From assembly GCA_964016885.1 (NCBI GenBank), contig OZ024751.1, positions 32,364,001 to 32,428,000 on the forward strand: 64,000 nt of DNA, read 5' to 3'. Origin of the DNA: Eledone cirrhosa (taxonomy: Eukaryota). Every line of letters begins with the position of its first letter. Positions within the stretch are counted from its first letter, which is position 1. The notes under the pieces were generated by a model. It was given only the letters and a program-made list of their open reading frames with translations. It had not been told where the DNA came from and ran no database searches. The position numbers and the translations under genes are program-made. Of this stretch, positions 1 through 17,154 are shown piece after piece.

Positions 1-582
1 ATACACACATATATATATATACATACGTGCATAAGATAGACATATATATATATATACATATATGCACACATATGCATACATACATATATTCATACATACG
101 AGCACACATATTCAAACTTACGTATATAACATACATACATACTCATACCCCCCCTCCATATATATATATATTTATATCCACACACATATATTTATTCATA
201 GATACACACATACACACACATATATATCCACACACACACACACACACAAATATATATATATAACATATAGACACGCACACATATGCATGCATACGGATAT
301 ATATATATATATATACATATATATGTATATATATATGTATATATATATATATACATATATATGTATATATATATGTATATATATATATATCATTATATAT
401 ATATATATATATCCGTACACATATATGTATTCACACATACACACACACATATCCGCACACACACATAAATATATATATATATAACATATATACACGCACA
501 CATATGCATGCATACGGATATATATATATGTATATATACATGTATATATATATATGTATATATATATATCCATATATATATG

Positions 583-613
<31 letters not shown>

Positions 614-717
614 GTATATATATATATATGTATATATATGTATATATATGTATATATATATGTATATATATACATATGTATATATATACATATGTATATA
701 TATATGTATATATATAC

Positions 718-1777
<1,060 letters not shown>

Positions 1778-1797
1778 TTATATATATATATATATAA

Positions 1798-2055
<258 letters not shown>

Positions 2056-2456
2056 CTATATATATATGTATATATATATATGTATATATATATGTGTATA
2101 TATATATGTATATATATATATGTATATATATATGTATATATATATGTATATATATATGTATATATGTATATATATATGTATATATATATGTATATATGTA
2201 TATATATGTATATATATATGTATATATATATGTGTATATATATGTATATATATGTATATATATATATATGTGTATAGATATGTATATATATATGTGTATA
2301 GATATGTATATATATATATGTGTATAGATTTGTATATATATATGTTTATATATATGTACTTATATGTATATATATATGTATATTTATGTATATATATGTA
2401 TATATATATGTGTATATATGTGTATATATATGTATATATATATATGTATATATATG

Positions 2457-2712
2457 TAAAAAATCGGAGAATAGACCGTTAAAACATGTTTATTTAAAAT
2501 ATCACCTACGTACGTTTCGCCCAGTTGGGCTTCTCAAGGGCATAAATAATCACAAGTGTTCCTTATATCTAGCCCACTAAATATTTACACTTCGAATATT
2601 TAATACTGCCGGCACTAGTATCGAGCACCTTTGGCATACGCTACTTGGCAAATAACTATATGTATCACCTATCCCCCCTTTTTTTCTCTTTCTCGATACG
2701 TAAATACTATAT
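2457..2712 (-). mobile_element. Short Penelope-like (pLTR-type) non-coding insertion in (TA)n
   Basis: Unique island in TA repeats that contains a hammerhead motif. Confidence 0.6.
2501..2543 (-). ncRNA. Minimal type I hammerhead ribozyme, U3-A8 core variant
   Basis: Minus strand reads cc-UUGAGAA-GCCC aacu GGGC-GAAA-CGUACG-UA-gg. Helix III is palindromic, the triplet is GUA, and helix I is short. Confidence 0.7.
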
Positions 2713-2713
2713 G

Positions 2714-2746
<33 letters not shown>

Positions 2747-2759
2747 GTATATATATATG

Positions 2760-2790
<31 letters not shown>

Positions 2791-2817
2791 GTATATATAT
2801 ATATGTATATATATATG

Positions 2818-2848
<31 letters not shown>

Positions 2849-2861
2849 GTATATATATATG

Positions 2862-2932
<71 letters not shown>

Positions 2933-2933
2933 G

Positions 2934-2965
<32 letters not shown>

Positions 2966-2967
2966 TG

Positions 2968-3002
<35 letters not shown>

Positions 3003-3029
3003 GTATATATATATGTATATATATGTATG

Positions 3030-3062
<33 letters not shown>

Positions 3063-3063
3063 G

Positions 3064-3325
<262 letters not shown>

Positions 3326-3362
3326 GTATATATATATATGTATATATATGTATATATATATG

Positions 3363-3455
<93 letters not shown>

Positions 3456-3456
3456 G

Positions 3457-3489
<33 letters not shown>

Positions 3490-3532
3490 GTATATATATA
3501 TGTATATATATATATGTATATGTATATATATG

Positions 3533-3565
<33 letters not shown>

Positions 3566-3871
3566 GTATATATATATGTATATATATATATATGTATATG
3601 TATATATATGTATATATATATATATATATGTATTATATATATATGTATATATATATGTATATATATATATATGTATATGTATATATATGTATATATATAT
3701 ATGTATATGTATATATATGTATATATGTATATATATATATGTATATGTATATTATGTATATATATATATATATATGTATATATATGTATATATATGTATA
3801 AATATATGTATTTTTTTTTTTTTTTTTATATATGTATATATATGTATATATATTTTTTTTTTTTATATATG

Positions 3872-3902
<31 letters not shown>

Positions 3903-3962
3903 TATATTATATATATATTATATATATATAATATATATATACATATATATATACATATATAT

Positions 3963-4070
<108 letters not shown>

Positions 4071-4075
4071 CATAT

Positions 4076-4133
<58 letters not shown>

Positions 4134-4144
4134 CATACATATAC

Positions 4145-4179
<35 letters not shown>

Positions 4180-4219
4180 CATATATATATTATATATATA
4201 CATATATATATATATATAC

Positions 4220-4340
<121 letters not shown>

Positions 4341-4373
4341 CATATATATACATATATACATATATACATATAC

Positions 4374-4404
<31 letters not shown>

Positions 4405-4409
4405 ATACA

Positions 4410-4459
<50 letters not shown>

Positions 4460-4463
4460 ACAT

Positions 4464-4494
<31 letters not shown>

Positions 4495-4496
4495 CA

Positions 4497-4575
<79 letters not shown>

Positions 4576-4576
4576 G

Positions 4577-4625
<49 letters not shown>

Positions 4626-5017
4626 GTATATATATATATATGTATATATATATGTATATATATATATGTATATATATTGTAATATATATATATGTATTAT
4701 ATATGTATATATATATATGTATATATGTATATATAATGTATATATATATATGTATATATGTATATATATATATGTATATATGTACTATATATATGAATAT
4801 ATGTATATATGTATATATATATATATGTATATAAGTATATATGTATATATATGTATATATATATATATATATGTATATACTATATATATGTATATATATA
4901 ATATGTATATATATATATGTATATATATATATGTATATATATATATGTATATATATATATGTATATATATATATGTATTATATATATATATTATGTATAT
5001 GTATATATGTATATATG

Positions 5018-5048
<31 letters not shown>

Positions 5049-5375
5049 GTATATATATATATGTATATATATATGTATATGTATATATGTATATATATAT
5101 ATGTATATATATATATGTATATGTATATATGTATATATATATATGTATATATATATATGTATATATATATGTATATGTATATATGTATATATATATATGT
5201 ATATATATATATGTATATGTATATATGTATATATGTATATATATATATGTATATATATATATGTATATATATATATGTATATATGTATATGTATATGTAT
5301 ATATGTATATGTATATATGTATATATGTATATATATATATGTATATATATATATGTATATGTATATATGTATATG

Positions 5376-5428
<53 letters not shown>

Positions 5429-5629
5429 GTATATGTATATATGTATATATATATATATGTATATATGTATATATATATATATGTATATATATATATGTAT
5501 ATGTATATATGTATATATGTATATGTATATATGTATATGTATATATGTATATATAAATATGTATATATATATATGTATATATATATATGTATATATATAT
5601 ATGTATATATATATATGTATATATATATG

Positions 5630-5667
<38 letters not shown>

Positions 5668-5677
5668 TACATATATG

Positions 5678-5716
<39 letters not shown>

Positions 5717-5727
5717 GTATATATATG

Positions 5728-5760
<33 letters not shown>

Positions 5761-6517
5761 GTATATATATATGTATATATATATATATGTATATATATAT
5801 GTATATATATATATATGTATATATATATGTATATATATGTATATATATATATATGTATATATGTATATATATGTATATATATGTATATATATATATGTAT
5901 ATATATATATGTATATATATATATGTATGTATATATATATATGTATATATATATATGTATATATATATATGTATATATATATATGTATATATATATATGT
6001 ATATATATATATGTATATATATATATGTATATATATATGTATGTATATATATATATATGTCTATGTATATATGTATATATATATATACGTATATATGTAT
6101 ATATATATATGTATATATGTATATATATATATGTATATATATATATGTATATATATATGTATGTATATATACATGTATATATATGTATATGTATATATAT
6201 GTATATGTATATATATATGTGTATATATATATATATGTATATATATATACATGTATATATATGTATATGTATATATATGTATATGTATATATATATGTAT
6301 ATATATGTATATGTATATATATGTATATGTATATATATATGTATATATGTATATATATGTATATGTATGTATATGTATATATGTATATATATGTATATGT
6401 ATATATATGTATATGTATGTATTTGTATATATATATATGTATATATATGTATATGTATATATATATACATGTATATATATGTATATGTATATATATATAC
6501 ATGTATATATATGTATG

Positions 6518-6549
<32 letters not shown>

Positions 6550-6551
6550 TG

Positions 6552-8888
6552 TATCTCTCTCAATGTCATCTCTCCTGTCCATCCGTTTGACGCTATGGAT
6601 TTCCACAATGCAAACTGGGAAGCGATCAGTCATGATCTTGCACATGTCGACTGGTCCTTCACGCACACTCATACACCCACTAACATCAAAAAGTCCTGGC
6701 AGACATTTGTGGACACTGTTACAAACATATGTGCTAAACACACCCCATTAAGAACTATAAACAAATCTAAGAGCAGAATCCCTAGAAATAGAAAAACGCT
6801 CATCAGAAAAATTAAGAGAACGAACAAAAAAATCAACAAGCTGAAATACTGTCAGCAGCAACACATCAACTTGACTGACATTTCATCACTAGAGATTAAA
6901 AAACATAACCTCCAAAACAACATAATGTCCCTCATCAACAATCAGAGAAGAGCTGAAGAGGCCTGGGCCATTGAGAAGATCAAACTCAATCCCAAAGTGT
7001 TCTTTTCATTTGCAAAAAAACACAAAATCACTGGCTCTACTGTTGGCCCTCTAATTGATGAAAATGGCACTCTTCAAGACAATGCTAAAACCATGGGTGA
7101 GATACTGCAGAAACAATACTGCTCTGTTTTCAGCAATCCTGATATGGCCGATCTGGGCTGTATCGGCGATGTTACTCCCCATTACACCTTATCGGACATA
7201 ACGTTTGGCGCCCCTGATGTCCTGGCGGCAATAAAGGAAATCAAGCATAATTCAGCAGTAGGTCCCGATAGGTTCCCTGCTTGTGTCTTGAAGGCGTGTC
7301 AACACCAACTTGCATCTCCTCTTGCCAATCTGTGGCGGAACTCACTGGATGCTGGATATGTGCCAGAAAACCTTCTATCCCAGTCTGTTGTCCCAGTTTT
7401 CAAAAAGGGAAACAAATCCCTTGCCGTGAATTACCGTCCAATCTCACTCACCTCTCATATCATTAAGGTATTTGAGCGAGTGGTGAGATCGCGAATGACC
7501 CACTTCCTTGAGAGTAACAATATGCTGAACTGCAATCAGCATGGATTCCGTAATGGAAGGGATTGCCTGACGCAGCTACTGCATCACTTTGATGACATTT
7601 TGAGAGCCTTGGGAGAGGGTTCCAACACTGATGTTATCTACCTTGATTTCAGCAAGGCCTTTGACAGGGTTGATCATAACATTCTACTGAGAAAGCTGTC
7701 CAATATTGGTGTCACTGGAAAGCTGCTGCAGTGGATCAAGAGCTTCCTGTCAAACAGAACCCAACATGTTGTAGTTGAGGGAGTCAAATCAAGCCCAGCC
7801 AAAGTCAGTAGTGGGGTCCCACAAGGCACTGTGTTGGGCCCACTTCTCTTCATCATCTATATTAATTACATCACTGACATCATCAAACACAGCAACATTA
7901 AAATTTTCGCTGATGATTCCAAGCTCCAAAAGGTCATGAATGGCGTGGATGACCGGATAAGCCTTCAGTCAGACCTACTGGCTGTTAACCAATGGGCAGA
8001 AAAGAACAACATGTTACTGAACGAAGACAAATTCGAACTGATCCACTTTGGAAAAGAGGATGCTCTGAAACTCCCGTACTCCCTTCCCTCCGGGGAAACT
8101 CTCGTGGCATCTAACAACATCAGAGACTTGGGAGTAACCGTGGACAGCAACATAAGCTGGACCACGTATATAAGCAGCAAAGTTGACATGGCCCGCAGAA
8201 TGTGTTCCTGGATCCTCAGAACCTTCCAGTCGAGAGATTCCCGCACCATTATCCTTCTCTTCTCTACTTTCGCCCGACCACACCTTGAATACTGTTGTCC
8301 ACTGTGGTCTCCCCACACGAAACAAAGTATCATGAAACTTGAAGCTCCTCAAAGGGCAATCACGAAAAAGATAGATGGCATGTCAGACCTTGACTACTGG
8401 GGTCGATTAGAAAACCTGAAACTTTACTCACTCCAACGTCGCCGTGAGCGTTATATTATCTGCATGATGTGGAAAATGTTCCATCATCACTGCCCAAATG
8501 ATGTTGGCGTCGCCTTCAAGATACACCCAAGGCTTGGGCCCCGTGCTATCCGTCCCATTCAAAAATCTAAATCGCAACTCATAACAACAATACGGCACAA
8601 TTATTTCACCTCAATCGGCCCTGCTCTCTTCAACATCACACCAGGACACGTCAAAACAGAAACTGACCACACAAAATTCAAGAAGTCTTTGGACAAATTC
8701 CTCCAAGTAATCCCGGACAAACCACCCACACCCGGATATGTCTCCGCAAACAGTAATTCTCTTCTCGAATGGGCCATGGTGCCCAAATCCTGAATTGAAA
8801 GACTTCGCCAGGTGGTGCTATTAAGTTAGACATGGCCTGGGCCAATACTGGCCAAAACATTTCAAAGTTATTCAAAGTTATTCAAAGT

Positions 8889-8890
<2 letters not shown>
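6552..8890 (+). mobile_element. 5'-truncated CR1-group LINE (RT and C-terminus of ORF2 intact, no endonuclease domain) in a (TA)n tract
   Basis: Stop-free frame to TGA at 8793 with motifs [40 protein letters not shown] and RPHLEYC. Short 3' UTR ends in (TTCAAAGTTA)x3 at 8861-8890. (TA)n flanks both sides. Confidence 0.93.
6595..8793 (+). CDS. LINE reverse transcriptase ORF (ORF2 remnant, 732 aa from the first Met)
   Basis: Non-repetitive part of track ORF 5587..8793, carrying canonical non-LTR RT motifs. Confidence 0.8.
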   Translation: MDFHNANWEAISHDLAHVDWSFTHTHTPTNIKKSWQTFVDTVTNICAKHTPLRTINKSKSRIPRNRKTLIRKIKRTNKKINKLKYCQQQHINLTDISSLEIKKHNLQNNIMSLINNQRRAEEAWAIEKIKLNPKVFFSFAKKHKITGSTVGPLIDENGTLQDNAKTMGEILQKQYCSVFSNPDMADLGCIGDVTPHYTLSDITFGAPDVLAAIKEIKHNSAVGPDRFPACVLKACQHQLASPLANLWRNSLDAGYVPENLLSQSVVPVFKKGNKSLAVNYRPISLTSHIIKVFERVVRSRMTHFLESNNMLNCNQHGFRNGRDCLTQLLHHFDDILRALGEGSNTDVIYLDFSKAFDRVDHNILLRKLSNIGVTGKLLQWIKSFLSNRTQHVVVEGVKSSPAKVSSGVPQGTVLGPLLFIIYINYITDIIKHSNIKIFADDSKLQKVMNGVDDRISLQSDLLAVNQWAEKNNMLLNEDKFELIHFGKEDALKLPYSLPSGETLVASNNIRDLGVTVDSNISWTTYISSKVDMARRMCSWILRTFQSRDSRTIILLFSTFARPHLEYCCPLWSPHTKQSIMKLEAPQRAITKKIDGMSDLDYWGRLENLKLYSLQRRRERYIICMMWKMFHHHCPNDVGVAFKIHPRLGPRAIRPIQKSKSQLITTIRHNYFTSIGPALFNITPGHVKTETDHTKFKKSLDKFLQVIPDKPPTPGYVSANSNSLLEWAMVPKS

Positions 8891-8970
<80 letters not shown>

Positions 8971-8977
<7 letters not shown>

Positions 8978-10200
8978 GAATTGGAGCTCTGAAATAGCAA
9001 TATATATATGGATGTATATATAATGTATTTTGCAATACACTTTATGCTTAATTAAAAGCATTTTGAAGACCGTAAGCTATTGTTTTAAAGTAGTGACAAA
9101 TTCACTCACTTTGATCTCAGCAAACAGGGGAGATAAGCGGACAAGACTTGTTTCGCTATGGTTGAAGCTTATCAAGGCCAACTACCCCACCTGTTTGCTG
9201 AGATCATTGATGTTATATTCTTATAGAAATCTAGTAAATAATCAGGAGCTGATTATGCAGAGCGGTTGTTGGTCAGGCAGAAATTAAAAATTAGAATTGG
9301 AGCTCTGAAATAGCAATATATATATGGATGTATATATAATGTATTTTGCAATACACTTTATGCTTAAATAAAAGCATTTTGAAGACCGTAAGCTATTGTT
9401 TTAAAGTAGTGACAAATTCACTCACTTTGATCTCAGCAAACAGGGGAGATAAGCCGACAAAACTTGTTTCGCTTTGGTTGAAGCTTATCAAGGCCAACTA
9501 CCCACCTGTTTGCTGAGATCATTGATGTTATATTCTTATAGAAATCTAGTAAATAATCAGGAGCTGATTATGCAGAGCGGTTGTTGGTCAGGCAGAAATT
9601 AAAAATTAGAATTGGAGCTCTGAAATAGCAATATATATATGGATGTATATATAATGTATTTTGCAATACACTTTATGCTTAATTAAAAGCATTTTGAAGA
9701 CCGTAAGCTATTGTTTTAAAGTAGTGACAAATTCACTCACTTTGATCTCAGCAAACAGGGGAGATAAGCCGACAAGACTTGTTTCGCTTTGGTTGAAGCT
9801 TATCAAGGCCAACTACCCCACCTGTTTGCTGAGATCATTGATGTTATATATATTGCTATTTCAGAGCTCCAATTGTAATTTTTAATTTCTGCCTGACCAA
9901 CAGCCGCTCTGCATAATCAGCTCCTGATTATTTACTAGATTTCTATAAGAATATAATATCAGTGATCTCGGTAGACAGGAGGGGGTAGTTAGCCTTGATA
10001 AGCTTCAACCAAAGCGAAACAAGGCCTTGTCGGCTTATCTCCCCTGTTTGCTGAGATCAAAGTAAGTGAATTTGTCACTACTTTCAAACAATAGCTTACG
10101 GTCTTCAAAATGCTTTTAATTAAGCATAAAGTGTATTGCGAAATACATTATATATACATCCATATGTATATTGCTATTTCAGAGCTCCAATTCTAATTTT
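8971..10200. mobile_element. Tandem-plus-inverted array of a ~316-nt hammerhead-containing unit (Penelope pLTR / retrozyme-like)
   Basis: Direct repeats start at 8971, 9287 and 9602, followed by an inverted, slightly diverged copy at ~9847-10200. Both ends of the array are the same unit position. No coding capacity. (TA)n flanks. Confidence 0.85.
9991..10035 (+). ncRNA. Type I hammerhead ribozyme (U3-A8); homologous copies on - at ~9136-9179, 9452-9495 and 9767-9810
   Basis: AGCC-UUGAUAA-GCUU caacca AAGC-GAAA-CAAGGCCUUG-UC-GGCU. All three helices pair, helix III is palindromic and the triplet is GUC. Confidence 0.85.
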
Positions 10201-10257
<57 letters not shown>

Positions 10258-10268
10258 GTATATATGTA

Positions 10269-10300
<32 letters not shown>

Positions 10301-10336
10301 GTATATATGTAATATATATATATATATGTATATATG

Positions 10337-10370
<34 letters not shown>

Positions 10371-10570
10371 GTATATATGTATATATATATATGTATATAT
10401 GTATATATGTATATATGTATATATGTATATATATATATGTATATATGTATATATATATATATATGTATATATATATGTATATATATATGTATATATATAT
10501 ATATATGTATATATGTATATATATGTATATGTATATATATATATATGTATATGTATATGTATATGTATAT

Positions 10571-10602
<32 letters not shown>

Positions 10603-11370
10603 GTATATATATATGTATATATATATGTATATATATGTATATATGTATATATATATGTATATATATATGTATATATATATGTATATATATGTATATATGT
10701 ATATATATATGTATATATATGTATATATATATGTATATGTATATATGTATATATATATATATGTATATGTATATATATGTATATATATATGTATATGTAT
10801 ATATGTATATATATATATATGTATATGTATATATATATATATGTATATATGTATATGTATATATATATGTATATATGTATATATATATGTATATATATGT
10901 ATATATATGTATATATGTATATATATGTATATATGTATATATATATGTATATATATGTATATGTATATATGTATATATATGTATATGTATATATGTATAT
11001 ATGTATGTATATGTATATATGTATATGTATGTATATGTATATATATGTATATATGTATATGTATATATATGTATATAAATGTATATGTATATGTATATAT
11101 ATATATATAATATATATATATATATGTATATGTATATATGTATATATATATATATATATGTATATGTATATGTATATATGTATATGTATATATGTATATA
11201 TATATATGTATATATATATATATGTATATGTATATATGTATATATATATGTATGTATATGTATATGTATATATGTATATGTATATATATATATGTATATA
11301 TATATATATGTATATGTATATATGTATATGTATATATATATGTATATATATGTATATGTATATATATGTA

Positions 11371-11425
<55 letters not shown>

Positions 11426-11690
11426 TTATATATATATACATACACACACACACACATATATATACATATGTATATATATATATATGTATATATATGTATA
11501 TATGTATATATATGTATATATGTATATATATATGTATGTATATATATGTATATATGTATATATATATGTATGTATATATGTATATATGTATATATATATA
11601 TGTATGTATATATGTATATATGTATATATATATGTATGTATATATATATGTATGTATATATATGTATATATATATGTATATATATATATG

Positions 11691-11982
<292 letters not shown>

Positions 11983-12372
11983 ATATATATATGTGTGGGT
12001 GTCTAAGTGTGTGTTGAAAGCATATATATGTATTCATTATATATGCGAGCGCGTCTGTACTGTAAATCTTACATATAAGGTTATCCAAGCGATTAGAAGA
12101 CAAAACCTTCCTCTAGTGTTATTTGAAATCAAAAACAATTGAGGGAGATTCATTCTTATTTATGTAGGTAGATGGGTAGATAGCAATGGAGGAAGGTATA
12201 TAAGTAGGTGGGTAGGTATGTATGTAAGTGGGTAGATAGGTGAATAGGTGGGTGGGTGTGTTCACTAATTCTGCCGAGTTGACATATTTTTTCTATTCAA
12301 CAGAAAAATCAAATACTACATTGTTTACTGTTTTTTCTCTCTCAATTACTCTGTCTTTCTCTCAGACTTCGT

Positions 12373-12431
<59 letters not shown>

Positions 12432-12933
12432 GGCATTGTTCGCCTTCACCTTAATATAAACCACATGTACACCAAATGGACCGGACAAAAGTAAACATAC
12501 ATATATACAGGTACTCACACATTCACTCATCTCTCTCTCTATATATATATATACTCACATGCTTACACACATTCATAGACAGACAGAATGGGTGAACAGA
12601 CAGGCAGACAGCACTTGGAAATCGCTGACAATGATATAAGGCATAAAATGTCAATAATGGAAAGAACATTTTCCAAATAACTATGGCAACACGGCATAGA
12701 TATGCTCCAGCTGGCCGCTGTCTCCTCCTTACTGTCCCTATGTAGGTGTTTAGGATGGGAGGTGTTGTTACAATAACAAAAATCCCGTTACTCGGACTTT
12801 CAGTTGGAACATATGTTGGATATGTTTATGTGAGTTTGTGTATATATATAAAAATATTATCATGTATGTGTGTATGTAGGTGAGCCTATGTATGCGTACG
12901 TCTCTATATATGTGTATGTGTTTATCTATATAC

Positions 12934-12964
<31 letters not shown>

Positions 12965-12966
12965 TG

Positions 12967-13244
12967 TTTTCTCTTTCTCTTAATTTCGAGTATATTTTTT
13001 TGACCGGCCACCTTCCTGGTGGCAAGGTTGTAAAAGAAAAGAAATTGTCATCCCTTGAATCGCAAGAATGTTTTGTAAATTTTGAAGGTACCAGCTATCG
13101 CAGCCATTTGCAGACTATGAATTAGGGAGCTGCGCTTTTTGTCCGCAAATCCAAGTTCAGTCATACTTTGGTCCAAGCGGGTTGGTATATAATCCGTAGC
13201 ACCAATAATGATGGGTATGAAGCTAAAGGTGTATCTTGGATACA
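12967..13244 (-). mobile_element. 3' fragment of an RLE (R4-like) non-LTR element in (CATA)n
   Basis: Translates YPRYTFSFIPIIIGATDYIPT...GTFKIYKTFLRFKG*. Same family as 13267-13548 and 59748-59988. (TATG)n on both sides. Confidence 0.8.
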
Positions 13245-13266
13245 TGTATGTATGTACGTATGTATG

Positions 13267-13548
13267 TTTCTCTTTCTCTTAATTTCGAGTACATTTTTGA
13301 CCGGCCATCTTCCTGGTGGCAAGGTTGTAAAAGAAAAGAAATTGTCATCCCTTGAATCGCAAGAATGTTTTGCAAATTTTGAAGGTGCCAGCTATCGCAG
13401 CCATTTGCAGTCAATGAATTAGCGAGCTGCGTTCTTTGTCCACAAATCCAAGTTCAGTTATATATTGGTCCAAGCGGGCTGGTATATAACCTGGGTATGA
13501 AGCTGAAGGTTTATCTTGGATACTGGATCTGCAAACTCCTCATCAATG
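13267..13548 (-). mobile_element. Second tandem 3' fragment of the same RLE element
   Basis: Similar to 12967-13244, with an internal deletion. (TATG)n flanks. Confidence 0.78.
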
Positions 13549-13566
13549 GTATGTATGTATGTATGT

Positions 13567-13878
13567 GGAGTGAAAGGCCCCCAGTTGTTGTTACAACACC
13601 TTTCTAAGAGAGAGAAACTCTGAAAAAAACCTGCGGCTTCGGAAGCATCCGATGATGTTGACCAGTTCTCCTTTTCGGTTAGTGTTTGCGATGCTCAGAG
13701 AATGGGATTGGTTAATTGCAAGGCTTTTCCCCATTTAAAAAAAAACTTCAAAGCACTGGCATTGCTTGTTCAGGGTCTGTTACAGGTTTGTGTGACTGGC
13801 CGTAGCATAAACGTGCACCAAACTCTATAATCTGACAAGCGATTGCAGTACTCTCAGCAGAATTTGCAGCCATCATGT
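13567..13878 (+). mobile_element. Diverged relative of the bipartite RTE-derived element
   Basis: Shares gaaactctga...acctgc, gatgatgttgac, gagtgggattgg, ggcattgc and the 3' gcagccatcatgtatg end with 17155-17764. A further relative lies at ~32015-32207. Confidence 0.55.
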
Positions 13879-14338
13879 ATGTATGTATGGAAGTTTTTAT
13901 GTACTGTATGGATATATGTAATTTATGTGTGATGATCGTGGTGCTGATGTAGTTTGTGGTGATAGAAGTGGTGGTGTTGGTGTTGGCGATGGTGATGTGG
14001 GTGATAATGGTGCGGGAGCATTAAACTGAAAGTTAATGGTGATGGCAATGGTGAAGTTGGTAGTTATATCAACATTATTGTCGTAGAGTAATGCACTGGG
14101 TAATTGCTGGCCTTGTGCCAAAAGTAGAAACAATTATAAGTCCCTGGCCATGACTAAACACACACCTACTTTTCTCCCGTAAAATGCTTTTTTTTCCATT
14201 TATTCCTTTCCGTCTATCCTCTATCTTTCTATTCCTTCTTCTCTCTTCCAGTGAAGGCCTAATGACTGAAACTGCAAGACCCTTTTCCTACTATATGAAG
14301 TGTTAAACCAATATATATCTTCATTGCACTCTATCGTT

Positions 14339-14402
<64 letters not shown>

Positions 14403-14425
14403 GCACGCACGCACGCACGCACGCG

Positions 14426-14486
<61 letters not shown>

Positions 14487-15869
14487 ATATGTATATATAT
14501 ATATATATAAACACAGAGTGAAACAGAGAAGAAAAAGAGAGCGAAGGAGGAGGAAGAGGAGGAGGAGGAGGAGGAGGAGGAGGAGGACGGATAGATAACT
14601 TGATAGACAGATAAATAGATATAAGCGTTCCATGACATTTTCAGAGACAGTTACGTCATTGGTAAACATGTGTGAATGTGATCAGTCGGTACTAATCAGA
14701 GGTTAAAGATAATATCAGTGGATTATAGCTGCATCCTTAAATCGCTGATGTAAATCACTGATGAAAAGAACAACACAAAAAGCCAGTGGATGTAACGTAA
14801 AACTTCCGTATCAAATCTATGTATCAGATAGGACATGTCATGAAGTGCAGCTTCTGTCTGGTGACTGTCAGGAGTGGACAAAATACTCCAGACTAAACCA
14901 TGAAATATCAGATGTCACATGATTAACTGATAGACCAATACTACTTTGGGCTGAGTGTGTGGTAGGGAGCAAGAGATGGTGTTGATGATGATGGTGGTGG
15001 TGGTGGTGGTGGTGGTGGTGTGGTTGTTTGACACGGACGATGGGTTGCCAAATGGTTAACAAAAGTTCGCTTCACAATCGTGAGGTACCGTGTTCGGTAC
15101 CATCGCTTAGAAGGCTATTAATTGTCTTTAACTACAACCTCGGATCAAACTAACCCACGTGAGGGTGGGTGGGTTGGTGGGATAAACCACTTGGAAATCG
15201 GTCGCATGGTTGGATCTGTAATTTAAAGTATGTTTACGCATTATAAAAATCTAGTCCCGCAGTGAGTATTTTAGCTGCGAGCATACCACAGCTACTTCAG
15301 CTACCAGAGCAGGATCGGTGGTTGTATTTCACTGGCGTTACATATCCTCAGTGAATGCTCACCTACTCCCAGGTGATGAAGCATGGAAGACAATTTTATA
15401 CATTTTGTAAACAATTTATTCTGGGTGAAACCTCTTTTACAATTAGTACAGGTTTAATGAACTAGTTTTAATTAGCAACAGCGCCAACACAGCGTGATTC
15501 ACAAAAGAAGGCGTATGGGAATTCATATATAATATGTTTACAATATGAAAACAGAAAGAATCACTATAAAAATAAGTGAGGAATGATTAAAAAAATAAGT
15601 TAGGGAAAGATGAAAAAAGTTGCAGCTAAATACATAAGGAGAGCCACGGGACTTACAAATGTGCATAACATATAGAAAATAGTGTTAGTAGTGAGGACAG
15701 AAATATAACATAGAATAGAAGCAATATAACAGAACTGATGTGACCAAAACATAATATTGCACACACCCAAGGTGGATGCTGATGTGTTCGCTAGTGCAAT
15801 GACACCATGCAATACAAGTAACAACAACAACAACAACAACTATTATTATTATTATTATTATTGTTGTTA

Positions 15870-16416
15870 TTCCTTGAATCTCAGTCATTGATGTTGGTTA
15901 ACTGGAAAGTCTGTTGGAATGAATATCAAGCCACTACCTGCAGCCTCAGATATTCAGGACGTATCGGAGGGTTCTTGCTGTTCCAAGCAAGCATGCCTTT
16001 TGAAGCGTTCCAAAAAGCGTGACGGGGCCGATTTTCTTTAACCATCCCTGGAAACTTTTGGAGATAGTCCCCAGTGCGCCTATGACAATCGGGATCACTT
16101 TGACTTCATGGCAGTTCCAGATCCTTTTCACCTCCCACTTTAGGTCCTGGTATCGGTTAATTTTCTCCCTCTCCTTCTCTTGCACTCTCGTGTCGAAAGG
16201 GCAGGCCACATCCACAATCAGACACGATCTTTTTCCTTTGTCCACAACCACCAGGTCAGGTCTATTGTGTTCCAGTTTTTTGTCCGTCTGTATCCTAAAA
16301 TCCCACAGCACCTTCACCTGATTGTTCTCCATCACCGCCTCTGGCCTATGCTCATACCATTTCTCAGAGTGTGGTAAATTGTTTACTTTGCACAGGTGCC
16401 AGTGGATCACCCTGCC
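15870..16416 (-). mobile_element. 5'-truncated Dong/R4-like LINE (restriction-like endonuclease region) in (TAA)n
   Basis: VKVLWDFRIQTDKKLEHNRPDLVVVDK...IVDVACPFD...YQDL...PIVIGALG is a PD-(D/E)xK RLE. (TAT)n/(AAC)n flanks. Confidence 0.88.
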
Positions 16417-16435
16417 CAACAACAACAACAACAAC

Positions 16436-16495
<60 letters not shown>

Positions 16496-17122
16496 CAACA
16501 TCATCATCACCAAGATGAACACACCCAGATAACTTGAAAACTTGATAACTTGAAAACTCCTAGTTTATGCGTAAAATCATTTCTACCGTAATGTTATCCA
16601 CACACACAGACTCAGACACATGCACATTGTTATACATACATACACACACACACACACATATATATATGCACAGAAAAAAATGTATATATATATAGGTGTG
16701 TGTGTGTGTGTTTATATATATGTATTTTTACATAAACACGCACATATAGACTTATTCACACGCGTCTATATGTTGGTGCAATAATGACAACCGTATGCAC
16801 ATTAGCGCTAATAATAGCTTACAAACCAAATAAATACTTTTGAAATTTATTTATAATTTCTCCATGTATCTTGATAATGTTGTTTATATCACTGACGTTC
16901 TGAAATTGGCGCCAAGTTGACCGGAAAAGCAATATGGCTTCTTAACAAAAGATGACATCACAAACTCTTAGAGACAACAGCTTTATTTATTACACCAATT
17001 TCCCTTTTATATAAACAATTATTGTGTTGTCAGTATTATACTGAGATGTTCATGAGTTGGGCTAAATTTTGAAGGTGTATGGATGAGAGAAAACTGACTT
17101 TTCGGGAGATGTCCCTTCATCC

Positions 17123-17153
<31 letters not shown>

Positions 17154-17154
17154 C

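Noticed and set aside
5587-6551. N-terminal extension of the 1068-aa ORF
   Set aside because: Chance in-frame read-through from the TA repeat into the truncated LINE.
9245-9325. Possible second, opposite-strand hammerhead in the 316-nt unit (CTGATTA...CAGAGC/GCTCTG-AAA)
   Set aside because: G8 is missing and I could not form helix I or helix III.
14640-14955. Unique sequence with splice-like signals on the minus strand
   Set aside because: Stops occur in all frames and there is no recognisable homology. A UTR or lncRNA exon cannot be excluded.
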